Source of the DNA: the human T2T-CHM13v2.0 reference genome, Homo sapiens
NCBI RefSeq assembly: GCF_009914755.1
Contig: NC_060934.1
Direction: 5' to 3' (one strand)
Length of the DNA stretch: 64,000 nt
Shown here: piece after piece, positions 16,508 to 32,710 of the stretch
Numbering within the stretch: the stretch's first letter is position 1
How the letters are laid out: each line of letters opens with the position of its first letter
Notes under the pieces: generated by a model
What the model saw: the letters and a program-made list of their open reading frames with translations, nothing else
Told to the model about the DNA's origin: nothing
The model's database searches: none
Made by a program: the position numbers and the translations under genes

Positions 16508-16675
16508 CTGGAGGGAAATTGCAAAAAGTAAATTTTCTAATTTCCAAACCAAAAAACAAAAATCCTATGAAATATAAATAATTCTATCAAATATTAGGGA
16601 AATCACAATATGAGTTTCAACTTTTATTTATCCATGATATGACTGCTTTTATGAAAATATCTAAAGCATCGCTAA

Positions 16676-16942
<267 letters not shown>

Positions 16943-17284
16943 TAGCCAGGATGTGGTCTTGATCTCCTGACCTCCTGATCTGCCCACCTCGGCCTCCCAA
17001 AGTGCTGGGATTACAGGCGTGAGCCACTGTGCCCAGCCTACATTATCTTTTTTATCTGGCATACAAATGTAGCTAATGAAACTAAATTCAAATTAACAGT
17101 GATAAAAATGGCCTGGTGTGGTGGCTCACGCCTGTAATTCCAGCACTTTGGGAGGCAGAGGTGGGTGGATAACCTGAGGTTGGGAGTTTGAGAGCAGCCT
17201 GAGCAACATGGAGAAACCCCGTCTCTACTAAAAATACAAAATTAGCCGGGTGTGGTGGCACATGCCTGTAATCTCAGCTACTCA

Positions 17285-17383
<99 letters not shown>

Positions 17384-17502
17384 TCAGTCTCAAAAACAAA
17401 ACAAAACAAAACCAGTGATAAAAGATGTACTGTGTTTAAGGCCAGGCGCGGTGCCTCACGCCTGTAATCCCAGCACTTTGGGAGGCTGAGGCGGGCGGAT
17501 CA

Positions 17503-17751
<249 letters not shown>

Positions 17752-18976
17752 TTAGGCTAAAATTACTTTTAGTTAAGAACATAAAGAGATAAAGAACTGC
17801 TGTTTCTTAGAGACAATTTCAAAAGCTCTAATGGTATAATAAAACACTGTGAATCATAGCTACTATTATCTTTCCCTCATAAAGCTTCCCTAGTCATTGG
17901 GTAAAAAGAAAGGTCAAGCCATGAATACTTCACTGATCCTTCCTAACTGCTTCTCTTGACTAGTGTGTCTCATCCTATTTTATATCCAAGATCCTAGGGA
18001 AAAGGTCATCAGCAGCAACAGCAGAAACAAACAGTGGCTATCATCTATTTGTGTGTCTCAGTTAGAATTTAGGGACTTTTTTCAAGGTCCCTTAGCATCC
18101 AGTCAAAAAATCTCTTCCTAATACCTCTGCCTGCCTAAACCTAGCAAGCAGCTGGTGGTATGAGGAACAATCTTAAGAGTAAATGTAAATATGCAGACTA
18201 GAAGAGCAGTAGGAATAATCATAATAACATAGTAACAAAAAGAATTTTATTCTATTGAACACTTGGTATGGGCCAAATATTTTATAAGAAGGCAACTTTA
18301 GGCAGAGGCAAACTTTTAGTCTAAGCCCCCAAGCTCAAAACCATTTCATTTTTTCCTCACACTTACGGTTTTTTATGCCCTTACACTGAAATAAAGGCAA
18401 AGGAAGGGTCAAGAATTAATGAATTAAGTTTATGCAAAGGACAGCTTCAAATCAAACCTTCATTATAAACTAGTCAAACCTGCTATTTTGTTCCTGGATT
18501 TTTATGGCCTGTTTAAGTGCCATCCAAAGAAAAACTCATAAAGTTGACATCCCTTTTCAGACTAGTATGAACCCACTTATTATACTACCATACTGTTATG
18601 AGATTCAAGTAAAAAAAAATGTAGACATTCCACAAAAGGGATAACAACTGTTTTTTTAATCAATGTATTCTCAAAGATTAAGTATGTTTCCTGGAATTAA
18701 ATGTGTGTCACCTAAAATTAAAACAAACACCGCCCCCCCATTCTGCTAAATGCAATGTGGTATGCTGGATCAGATCCTGGAAAAGAAAAAGGACACTTGC
18801 AGAGAACTAGTGATTTGGTGAAAACAAATTTTGTTGAAATTCAAATAGTCTGTAGTTTAGTTAAAAATAAGGTACCAATGTTAGGCCTGCACGGTGGCTC
18901 ACGCCTATAATCCCAGCACTTTGGGAGGCTGAGGAGGGTGGATCACGAGGTCAGGAGATCAAGATCATCCTGGCTA

Positions 18977-19195
<219 letters not shown>

Positions 19196-19450
19196 CTAGT
19201 TTTAACAAATGTAACATGATTATGTAAGATGCCAAAATTAGTGGAAGCAAAATTCTGTACTATCTTTGCAACTTTCCTGTAAATCTGGTACTATTTCAAT
19301 ATGAAAAATTGCAAAAAAAAAAACAAAAAAAAAACACTTCAGGAAAGAACCCAGCCCACAATAAACGCTACTGTGAAAGCTAAGAAATGGTATCTATAAT
19401 TATTAATAGTGCTAAAATATTTAATTGGAACAAAAAACACATTAACATAC

Positions 19451-19613
19451 CATATTTATTTTCAAAGAAGGATTGTGCAGAGACATGGGATGTATGCCAA
19501 TGGGAAGAAATGTTTTTGCCTTTACAAAATCCAGGAAGTAGATTTTCTACCAGCTGATCAATCTGTCCAATTTTTAGTTCAGATAATCCAAGGTCCCTTA
19601 AGTTAAGTGAAGG
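19451..19613 (-). CDS. YME1L1: YME1L1 coding exon 4 (PSLNLRDLGLSELKIGQ...FFENKY)
   Basis: tttacag| acceptor and ATG|GTATGT donor; 163 nt, frame continuous with neighbours. Confidence 0.96.
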
Positions 19614-21520
19614 CTGTAAAAGATTGGGTCAACCAGGTATGCATTAATATTATCAAGATATTTAACCTAAGGAGTACATATTATCAGTTAAAACAATCAG
19701 ATTTTAAAAGTCTAACAAATATATTTCCTTTTTTTAATATTTAAAAATAAATTGATGCAAATATTTTCACAGTTCGTTTTACTGAGATCAGTCATATGAG
19801 GTTTGACATAGGTTAAAAAATTATATTCCTAATGGTATCCTTAAATAAAGAGATGACATTTCAGCATGAATGAGAAAAACTTTTTTTTTTTTTAAATCAA
19901 ACCCAAACCACTACTGTCCTAAGCATTATGGTTCACAGAATCAAGTGAAATGTATGGCATTTTTTCCTTCTCTCCATACAAGGGTACTCTGATCAAGAGC
20001 TAGTCTATCAACTATTGATCAAGCATTTATAATGACAAGAGTGTAAGAGTAACTAACTGCATGGTTACAAAGTATGTTATATAAGGTCCAGGGGATTTTC
20101 CCCAACAGTGTAGAACTGATTGGAGGATAATAGTAAGGTTCTTGAATTGGGGAAATTCCATTCAAATGATAATCCTCACCAGTCCATGGAGCTTTTAAGC
20201 CCCTAAGCAGCCATAAACAAAAGCCCACTTGACAAAGAAATGGTATGCTTGGTTACCATAGGACATCTCACTCCTCTGGCCTCATTGCTTAGATCCTTCC
20301 TTGAACTCAGAGGTTCTAAAGTTACCCATATCTTCTAATAAAGAAGAAAATTAAAGTCAAAACTGTGTGAAAATCAGGCAAAAAAGTCTAAAAATCACAA
20401 AAATGTGTGTATACCCACTTTTAAACAACAGGATAGGGATTATTTTCTTGTCCACATGAGCTGAAAGAGAGGCACTTAAAGGCAAGTAACAATTACATGT
20501 TACTCAAACCCAAAACAGCTAAGGTGGGAAGATCGTTTGAGGCCAGGAGTTTGAGACCAGCCTGAGCAACATGGTAAGACATCATCTTGATGAAAAATTT
20601 AAAAATTAGCTGGGCATGGTGGTATGCACCCGCAGCACCAGCTACTCAGGAGAAATGTTTGAGCCCAGGAGCTGGAGGTTGCAGTGAGCTATGACAGCAT
20701 CACTGCACTTCAGCCTGGGCTACAAAGGGGAGACCCTGTCTCTAAAAATAAAGTTTTTTTTAAAAGAGGCATGGACACGGATTATATAGCTCTGGACTGA
20801 TGTCTGGGAATACGGTACTTTTTAAATTAGCTATAACTCATATTCTTAGAATTCATTTTCTCAATACTAACATAACTATAAAATACACCTTATTTCCTAA
20901 TAGTAAGGATCAAAGGCAGAGATCATGCCTTACTCATCTACGTATCCTAGCATACAACATGACAGCACATAGTAAAAGACAGTTAAAGGCATGATGAAAT
21001 AAAATACTTAAAAGTACTTTTTAAGCTATTAAAAATGATCAAGGCGGCTTAGGGACGGGGGCAAACAAAAAGCCATCCAAGGGTCTGGAATATCTCAAAA
21101 AATTCAAGGAAAGAAAAAATTAAAGAGATAGGTTATGGCCAAACTGTGAAGAGCCATGTTTGAATTTAATTCTCTAAGTAACATGATTAGTTCTGTCTTA
21201 TAGAAGAAAATGGAGAACTAAGGAAGATAGACTGGCCTAGCATGGTGGCTCGAGCCTGTAATCCCAACACTTTTGAGAGGCTGAGGTGGGAGGACTGCTT
21301 CAGGCCAGGAGTTCGAGATCAGCCTGGTGAAGAAAGCAAGACCCTGTCTTTACAAAAAATTTAAAAATGATAAAACAAACAAACAAAGCAACTAGACTGG
21401 ATGAGAGAGAAGGCTGATGGAACAAGTGAAAGATGGCAAGAACCTGAACTAAGCCGTGACTAAGAACGATGGACAAAACAAATCATAGACAATAGGCATT
21501 TGGAGAAACCCGCAGTGTAC

Positions 21521-21691
21521 AGGGATTGAGAGGGAGAAGGGTTCTGGACGGATGTGCCAGTTATCGGTTGTGTCCAAGCTCTTCTTCATCCTTTTTGCTG
21601 GCTCCATGAACATGGATCTGTACCCTTCGAATATTTTTCCTTTGCCAATTGAAACAATGTTAAGCTTCGTCAGGAAGTCACTGAACATACA
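21521..21691 (-). CDS. YME1L1: YME1L1 optional cassette exon 3 (57 aa, CMFSDFLTKL...EPFSLSIP) of the long isoform
   Basis: ttcctacag| acceptor and weak CCT|GTACAC donor; 171 nt, phase 0-0, no stop; peptide recognised from the long YME1L1 isoform. Confidence 0.85.
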
Positions 21692-21692
21692 C

Positions 21693-22190
21693 TGTAGGAA
21701 GAGAGGTTTTGATTCCTGGTTGTGGTATGCTCATTTAGCAAGTTCCTGTCTGTAACACCCGTGGTTTCTATAGCATCTGGCTCCTGTCAATTGTGCAGTT
21801 TCACCAAACCCTGGCTCCTGGCGTGCACAATGGCCAGCAGGACCTAGCAGCTTCCCCTGGCACCACTCGTGTAACAGCTTCTCTAGTAGGACACATCCCC
21901 AGGAACAGCTTTTCCCAGTATCCTAGAGGGCAGACTTCCCAGATTTCTAGCACGTTACCCTGGCATGACATCACAGCAACTTTTCTACCATTCAGTGAGC
22001 CAAGGCCATGCCTTCGCCAACAATGTCAGGATCTCAGCCCTGGGGATGGAGAACTCTTCCTGACTCTATCTCAGCCCTAGAAGTATGAGCTGCTCCCTAA
22101 ATCTGCTGGTCCTTTATTTTTTTAAGAGTTTTATTTACTTCTTAAATCCCTACCTATTCCACTTCCCTGTAAAAACAGGTGTTTTTTTTT
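21693..22190 (+). mobile_element. Ancient ERVL-type LTR-like remnant abutting the acceptor of YME1L1 optional exon 3
   Basis: Phrases such as gagggcagacttcc and ggatctcagccctgggg...ctctatctcagccctag recall old ERVL LTRs; family uncertain. Confidence 0.4.
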
Positions 22191-22192
22191 AG

Positions 22193-22438
<246 letters not shown>

Positions 22439-22458
22439 TAGTCTTGAACTCCTGACCT

Positions 22459-22885
22459 CAGGTGATCCTTGAACAACACAGATTAAAGCTGCACAGATCC
22501 ACAGATACGTGGACTTTCTCCGGTCTCTGCCACCAGAGACAGAAAAACCAACCCCTCCTCTTCCTCCTCAGCCCACTCAACTTGAAGATAATGAAGATCT
22601 TTATGATGGTCCACTTCTACTTAATGAATGGTAAATATGTTTTCTCTTCCTTATGATTTTCTTAATAACATTTTCTCCATCTTACTTTATTGTAAGAATA
22701 CAGTACACAATACATAAAATATACAAAATATATGTTAATGGACCCTTTATTTTATCGGTAAGGCTTCCTGGTCAATAGTAGGGTATTAGTAGTTAAGTTT
22801 CTCAGGAGTCAAAAATTATACTCAAATTTTTGACTACGGGGGAGGGACAATATCCTTAATCCTTCATTTGTTTAAGGGTCAACTG
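22459..22885 (+). mobile_element. Tigger2a/MER28-like DNA transposon
   Basis: Terminal inverted repeats CAGgTGAtCCTTGAACAA ... TTtAAGGGTCAACTG followed by TA. Confidence 0.75.
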
Positions 22886-22928
22886 TATATCAAAAAGGCT
22901 TTCTCACACAACCAGGATAAAGACTTAC

Positions 22929-23063
22929 CTCACTGCTGGGAGCCTCATGCTCAGGAACTACATCTCGATGCTGGTTTTGAGAAACTGACACTCCACTGAG
23001 AGAAACAGAAGTGTTTTTTGGTGTATGGAAGGCATTGATGAGATGACTCAGAGGAACTGTAAC
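22929..23063 (-). CDS. YME1L1: YME1L1 coding exon 2 (VTVPLSHLINAFH...EAPSSE)
   Basis: tttctag| acceptor and GAG|GTAAGT donor; 135 nt, phase 0-0. Confidence 0.96.
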
Positions 23064-23422
23064 CTAGAAAAAGATAAAAGTTAAAAACTAAGTAGTTTTT
23101 TTTTAAATAAACAGAACAATCTCCTTTTTTTGTCAGGATTTGTTAAGAGTTAAAGGTACATTATATATCAACTCTGTATACTAAAAACTGTAAGTACTCA
23201 GATTTACTGCTGGTGAGACGAAAACTGGTATGTTCTTTCAGGATATTATTCTGAATATGTAAATCAAAAGTATCAAAAATACATACATTTCTTGTTTGTA
23301 GCAATCCACCTTCTAGGAATTTATTATAAGGAAATAATCTGACAAGTACTTGCACATGCATAGAGAACAACTCTCATTGAAACATTTAAAAAATAGTAGA
23401 AAGCTGGAAACATCCAGCATTA

Positions 23423-23584
<162 letters not shown>

Positions 23585-23936
23585 TTAGATGGGTGTGATG
23601 GTGTGCGCCTGTAGTCTCAGCTACTTGGGAGGCTGTGGTAGAAGAATTGCTTGATCTCAGGAGGCGGAAGTTGCAGTGAGCTGTGATCATGCCACTGCAC
23701 TCTAGCCAGGGCAACAGGGTGAGACCTGTCTCTCAAAAAAAAAAAAAAAAAAAAAAAAAAGAAACTACCACAGAATGAAATACATCCAACATTAAAAAAA
23801 AAAAAAAAAGTAAGTAGGCCGGGAATGGTGGCTCATGCCTGTAATCCCAGCACTTTGGGAGGCCAAGGCAGGTAGATACCTGAGGTCAGGAGTTCGAGAC
23901 CAGCCTGGCCAACGTGGTGAAATCCCATCGCCACTA

Positions 23937-24098
<162 letters not shown>

Positions 24099-24386
24099 TC
24101 AAAATAAATAAATAAATAAAAATGAAAACAAAAAAAACACTTGAGCCCAGGAAGTTGAAGCTGCAGTGAGCTATCATGCCACCACACTCCAGCCTGAATG
24201 ACATGGCAAGACCCTGTCTCAAGAAAAAAAAAAATTTACTTAATAAATATTTGTCGAGTAAATGAATACATTAAATGGGTTCTTATTATATACCAGGTTT
24301 AGTACTACAGGCTTTACTTCTATCATCCCATTTAATCCTCAAACAGCTATAATAATGAGTAACAATTATACTTCTTGTTACAGTTC

Positions 24387-25317
<931 letters not shown>

Positions 25318-25626
25318 ATTCCAGTGTTTATCTCCTTCAAAACTCAAGTTTGAGTTGAGAACAATGGCAAACTTAGTTGCCACTGTAATCCTGTTAAGAG
25401 GTGGGACCTTTAAGAGGCATTTAGTTCAGGAGGGCTCTGCCCTCATCAATGGACTAACGCCATTATTGTGGGTACAGACCATTTAATAGATGAAGACAAC
25501 AAAGATTTAGAATCTGACTCAAAATTCCAGACTTCTCATCCCATGGATATTGATACACAAATAAATTCGTGACATACTAAGGAATAAAGCTGACCGTAAA
25601 ACTACCTTAAGTATGCATACCCGTGG

Positions 25627-25953
<327 letters not shown>

Positions 25954-26071
25954 TTATAGAAAAAAATGTGTGAAAGAATTTAGTCTAAGATACGTATCCC
26001 TGAGTAATGAGATTATGGGCGATCTTATTTATACTTTCAGCATTTTTAGCAAAAAAACATGGATTTGTTTT

Positions 26072-26091
26072 AAGGCTAGTCAAGTGAAGCA
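26072..26091 (-). pseudogene. Tiny Y3 RNA (RNY3) 3'-end retro-fragment
   Basis: Minus strand reads TGCTTCACTTGACTAGCCTT, the remembered hY3 3' end, followed by an A-rich tail (AAAACAAA). Confidence 0.6.
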
Positions 26092-28200
26092 ATGTATCAT
26101 TTTTAGAGTCAGAAAGAAACAGTAAGTTCCTTACAGCCTGGGGGCAGTAAAAAGAAAAAAAAATAAACAGTAACTTCTTTTGAAACTTTAAAAATAATCA
26201 AATCATTTCAAGATACATATTTTCTACCTCTTTGAAAAGATTTATTTGAATTAGTTATATCTCTTTTATTTGAATTAGTTATATCTCTTTTCTTTCACAA
26301 AAGGATTTAGAATTGAGCTCTTCTCAATGAAAAAGTTCATTTTCTGTGTCTTCCTTTTTACCATTTAATTTCAAGTGTATTCAACCAATTAAGCAACAAG
26401 GAATTCCAAATGTGTTACCATCCTTCAAAGCAAGAAATGCCTGAGAGTCCTCACTATATTTGAGCCCTGTTAAGACTGCCTAGGGTACATAAAAATCCCT
26501 TTATCATCTCTACCAACATCACATACTACTAACTGTCCATTCAGTTGATGGTAAATTCTCCTAAAATCAGGCCTCTTGATGTGAACTAAGGCAAAGAGTT
26601 GAGTTTCAAAAACTTCAATACCATATTCAATAGGCCATGTCAGACTTCTTTTTCAAACAATTACTAGGACTTCTCCAGACACTGTCATCTTGGTAAATAG
26701 CACCTTCAATGCATTCATCTGATCAAACCCAGAAACACCTCTCCCCATCATCTCTCTGATCTCTCATGCAATTCCACTTTCTTCAAAATATATCTCATTC
26801 TCTTCTTTCCATAACCACTGCAACAGCTTTAATTGGGGGGTGGGTGGGTATTTTTAGCTGATAACATCTTCCACTCTTGCCCTCTCCTATTCTCCATATA
26901 GCAAAAGCCAGTCATCTCTTAAAAATGAAAATCTAATCATGTTTTAAAACTTTCAATGGTTCCCAATACACTTAAAATGAAATCAGCCATAATATATCCT
27001 TTACTCCCTGTATGATCTGCCTCAAGTCTTTTCTCCAACCTCTTCTGTCACTACCCCCTTTAACTACTATGTTCTAGCCACACTAGCCTTATTTTTGTTC
27101 CTTCAACCTGCTAAACCCTTTCCTAACTCAGGACCTCCAGGTATTTTTCTGTATGCCTGTGATACCTGTTCACTCTTCACCTTGCTAAGTCCTACTCATA
27201 TTTACTTCATATCAATATTAAGAGAAGATTCCACATTTGCTTTGCTCACCTGGTACATAACTGATGCCCAATAACAAGCAGCTGCTTCAGTTTGTTAGCC
27301 AGTACTAGCACAAAAAATTAAAAATTCTTAAAATGAGGGGGAGTAAAAGTTACACAAAGGAACACAATCATATGCTTAAATCAAGAACCTAAGAGTGTCG
27401 ATTTTCTTAAAAATTATGTTTTAAAAAAACTCAATGTTTTAAAAACTATTTCTTTGCAAAACTGTAGGAACTCTCAAAAAATCTATTAAAATGTTACCAT
27501 CAAAAAAAGAGACTGGAATGAAGCAAGAATAAAACATTGTCACAAGTGATTGCCCAAGAGCGTAATGAAAACCCTTGAAATCATTTTTCTCTTCACTACC
27601 TTTTGTTTTACAAAACGATGAGGATGAGGCTGAATCAAAATTTTAACTGCAAACAGTTTACGACTCGGAAATACACATTTTAGTTACTTCTGGTCAAAAT
27701 GAGAAAAAAACTTGCATGGCTGGCCATCCGAAATATTATACCATGTTTGGGTTAAATTTAAATTCCATTTAAAAGGAAATAAAGAGCAGGGGATAGGGGC
27801 TGTGAACACTAAAGCCACTGGAAAGTCGGAAAAAAGGGAACATTACCTGCTCCCTTTAATGTATGGTACAGACATTTTCCCACCCCAGAACGCCGGACAC
27901 TGAACAATGCCGGACGGATTCTCTAGCAGAAATTCCACGCAATCAGTTCGATAAGCCAGGGTCTCTCTCTATCACTGAGCTCACATCCCGCCTCTGCCCT
28001 CAACAGCTTCATCGTCAGCACTGAAGTCTCCGGCCCACTCTCAGCGTCGTCCCCTGATCCACTCCTCAATCCTGGGATTCGCATTGAGTACATCACTTCA
28101 TTTCTAGAGTCCCTTCTGAGAAATCGCTTCCACGAGCGCAATTTGCAAACAGCCACGGGCAGGGCGGGAGGAAAAAAAATGGGCTGAATGCCTGGCTTAC

Positions 28201-28233
28201 CTGGGGTTGCACCGTGCTCGACAAGGAAAACAT
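28201..28233 (-). CDS. YME1L1: YME1L1 first coding exon (MFSLSSTVQPQ)
   Basis: GAG ATG start in the CpG island; CAG|GTAAGC donor; recognised N-terminus. Confidence 0.96.
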
Positions 28234-28510
28234 CTCCGGCGGGCCCTCAGCGACCTCACCCGCCTGCCGAAACTGTGCCCCTCTGTCCACGGCCCGGCGG
28301 GGAGGCGCTGAGCCCTTCTTTTTTCCTTTTTCTCCGACCCGTTGCCCCTCACTCCTCCCAGAAACGGAAAATGGCCTCCCCTTCCTACAGCTACTGCAAC
28401 GACAGACAATCCGCCCCGGAAGGCGAGGCGCTAACTCAACAGTACTTCCGGGGCAAGTGAGCGCCCACAAGGCCAAGTGCCTGCGCGTTCTTTCCCGCGG
28501 AAGTAGTTGA

Positions 28511-28790
<280 letters not shown>

Positions 28791-29337
28791 TGAAATCTTC
28801 TGACTGGGCCTTGAGCAATAAGGTCTTTTGCTACAATTTAGTGCTCTTTTCCTCACACTAAATCGAAAACTCTCCCTGTTGGTCCTGATCTGTTTCAGTC
28901 AGGCAAATTACATCCTGGGAAAACGTCAGATGACAGGGGAGGCCACTCGCTTCCTGCTCATCCAGTTTCGACACTTTCTGTGCTTTCATTAGCTTCCAGA
29001 CCTCAGCCCTGGCCCTCGCTTTACTGTACAGTCAGAACTGGTTTCTACGCCTCGCGAGGGTGGGAGGTCGTGTATGGGAGGAGGACCGCTTCCCACCAGC
29101 CTCGTTGGGAAGCCAGGAGAAATCTCTTCAAATCCTGCGATTCAGAGTCAAGTCCCAGTCGTCCTTTTTCTGGTCGGCCCAGAACTGTTTGTGCCTCCTC
29201 CCTCATGAGGAATGATGTCAGTGGGGCCGCGGTCGCCGCCCACGAAGAGTGTAAGGCTGCGAAGTCGGGGCTTTCCCGACGCCCCCTCCGTCCGCGTCTG
29301 CGTAGGGGAGGTGACGAGGGCGGGGCGCGGCGGCGGG

Positions 29338-29347
29338 GTGACGTCAC
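29338..29347. promoter_or_regulatory. Full palindromic CRE (GTGACGTCAC), candidate CREB/ATF site
   Basis: Perfect TGACGTCA within a 10-bp palindrome about 100 nt upstream of the MASTL ATG. Confidence 0.7.
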
Positions 29348-29376
29348 GGCCGCGCGCGGCGTGGGCGGAGCCTCAC

Positions 29377-29397
29377 TTTGAACCCAGTTGGCGGGAA
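29377..29397 (+). promoter_or_regulatory. CHR (TTTGAA 29377-29382) plus E2F site (TTGGCGGGAA 29388-29397); cell-cycle (DREAM/MuvB/E2F) promoter elements
   Basis: Consensus motifs adjacent to each other near the presumed MASTL TSS; fits a mitotic kinase gene. Confidence 0.65.
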
Positions 29398-29449
29398 TGG
29401 CTGCTCGCGGAGGGGCAGTGTACGCGGGGCCGCTGTAGGCTGTCCAGCG

Positions 29450-29635
29450 ATGGATCCCACCGCGGGAAGCAAGAAGGAGCCTGGAGGAGGCGCGGCGACT
29501 GAGGAGGGCGTGAATAGGATCGCAGTGCCAAAACCGCCCTCCATTGAGGAATTCAGCATAGTGAAGCCCATTAGCCGGGGCGCCTTCGGGAAAGTGTATC
29601 TGGGGCAGAAAGGCGGCAAATTGTATGCAGTAAAG
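29450..29635 (+). CDS. MASTL: MASTL (Greatwall kinase) exon 1: Gly-rich loop SRGAFGKV and YAVK (K62)
   Basis: gcgATGG Kozak context; AAG|GTAGG donor; 62 codons. Confidence 0.98.
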
Positions 29636-30019
29636 GTAGGAAGTCAACGAGTAGCAAGGAAGGGGTTAGGCCCTTCGGCCCTCCTTCCTGCCCCACCGGC
29701 TTGGGCAGGCCCCGGGGTTGCTGGAGCGAGGAGTCTGGGTGGCCTGGCTTGCTGAAGCCTCCAGAGCCCTGCGAGCTGACTTCTTTTTGGGGCGACATCA
29801 GCGGTCGGGTCGGGTGTCTCGCCTCTGTTCCGCCCTTCCCTCCATATCTCAGATGCACAGTGAGAACAGCAAAGTTTGACTCTCTTCTCCCTGCCCAGCG
29901 TTAGCAAATGAGGAAACTGAGGCCAAAGGCAAAGGGACTTGACCGAGGTGATTACATCGGTCTTAGTACAACAGGCACTTAAAGCCAAAGCCGTGATTCG
30001 TAGTCTCACCCTGGCTTGA

Positions 30020-30349
<330 letters not shown>

Positions 30350-30519
30350 TAGGTTTCTAAATCCAAAAGGTTTTTAGTAATTAGTGGTTTTGTTTACCTT
30401 GTTTGCTTTGACGTGCAGAATCGTCGAAATTTTTCTACCACAGAAGAGTGATTAATCTGTAGGCACTGATAACTTTTTAAGTTTTATTCTTAACCAGAAG
30501 AAAGATTACTATTTTCTGA

Positions 30520-30876
<357 letters not shown>

Positions 30877-32325
30877 TAGAGTTTCACAGTGACGTGATCT
30901 CAGCTCACTGCAACCTCCACTTCCCGGGTTCAAGCGAGTCTCCTGCCTCAGCCTCCCGAGTAGTTGGGATTCCCGCCACCACACCGGGCTAATTTTTTGT
31001 ATTTTTAGTAGAGACGGGGTTTCACCATTTTGGGCAGGCTGGTCTCAAACTCCTGAGCTCAGGTGATCTGCCCGCCTCAGCCTCCCAAAGTGCTGGGATT
31101 ACAGGGGTGAGCCACCGTGCCTGGCCTTATGCTGGTTCCTTTTTAAGTGCTTTTCTTCTACCCTTTTGTGCTCTTCTCCACCTGTCTTATTCATGTATTA
31201 AGATTCATCTTAGCTCCCCTTCACACCTTCCCTAATCTTTCAGAATTGGAAGATCTGATTGAATTGGTTACTTTATATGTTCCTGAGATTTTTACTTTTC
31301 CTTCTACAGTACTTAGTCATGATCAGTTGAAATGAAAACACCAATCCATGTGTTCAGTCAGTATTTGCTTAGCACCCACCCTCTTTGTGTCTACGAACTG
31401 GACAACAATGGGGAACAAAACACACATGCCCTCATAGCCAGTGGAATGATAGGAAAAATCATGTTACCAGCTTGCTTTGTCAGTTTCCCTCAGTTTTCTT
31501 AAAGAAAGGAGTTAAGGCAGGAATTTATCATGTACTAATGATTTTATTAAGTACTCGAATAAATCTTTGAAAGAAATATGCCTTTTTTTCTTATAGCAGT
31601 CCTGAGAATTGATCCCAGTGTTACTGACTATTCAGTTTAGTGCTCCAACTTTATTTTTATTTATTTATTTATGTATTTTTAATTTTTCTTAGTGCTCCAA
31701 CTTTAATAGTTCTGTTTCTGTACAGATTACCTTGAAACTTGAAAAGAGTAATTAGTTTTCTGTAAGACAGCATTTGGGACTGTTAAATTTCAGTAGTTCT
31801 AATCATTCCAACTTAAGATTTTTTTTTTCTAGGCAAACTTCCGACATTCTTCCTCTTTCTGATTCTATCCCCATCTATCAAAAAATCAGAAGTTAAAAAA
31901 AAAAATTAAGTAGTTACTCCACGCCCAGGTGCTAGTTATCTGTGGGCTTATGAGGAATGTAACTGTCTTTTGACTTCGTTATCAGAACAGTGGAACAGAA
32001 TTTTTTTTCTATTAATATGCAGGGCAGTCTGGGAATATTTAATTTTTTTTCCTTCTTGAAAGAGATTATGATACTTCTGCCATTTAATACCAAGATAAGC
32101 AATTCTATCTTGAAGATTTTTTTAAACCGTCTTAACTATTTTTTGTACGTGCTTTCCTGATAGCAGTGTAAGGTCCACATGACATCTATATGTGTTCTCT
32201 CTGTTAGCGTTTTCATGATGGCAACTTTGAAACCTGAGATCACTCTGTAATTTAAAAACAAGGCAGGGAGCTGTGGCTTCCACGTGTAATCCCAGCACTT
32301 TGACAGGGGTATTGCTTGAGGCTCA

Positions 32326-32559
<234 letters not shown>

Positions 32560-32572
32560 TTATCTATTACAG

Positions 32573-32710
32573 GTTGTTAAAAAAGCAGACATGATCAACA
32601 AAAATATGACTCATCAGGTCCAAGCTGAGAGAGATGCACTGGCACTAAGCAAAAGCCCATTCATTGTCCATTTGTATTATTCACTGCAGTCTGCAAACAA
32701 TGTCTACTTG
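32573..32710 (+). CDS. MASTL: MASTL exon 2 ([10 protein letters not shown]...ANNVYL)
   Basis: ttacag| acceptor and TTG|GTGAGT donor; 138 nt; alphaC AERDAL. Confidence 0.97.

Noticed and set aside
21600-21691. Faint resemblance of the optional-exon peptide (DFLTKLN..GKGKIFE) to hAT transposases
   Set aside because: Too short and subjective, with no terminal inverted repeats; it would need an HMM hit.
27841-27850. Minus-strand donor CAG|GTAATG about 350 nt into YME1L1 intron 1
   Set aside because: Extending exon 1 to it meets a stop at 28093, and no acceptor could be defined; not supportable without RNA data.
28980-30009. Overlapping ORFs of 90-200 aa on both strands around MASTL exon 1
   Set aside because: CpG-island artefacts; only 29450-29635 has kinase motifs and a phase-consistent donor.
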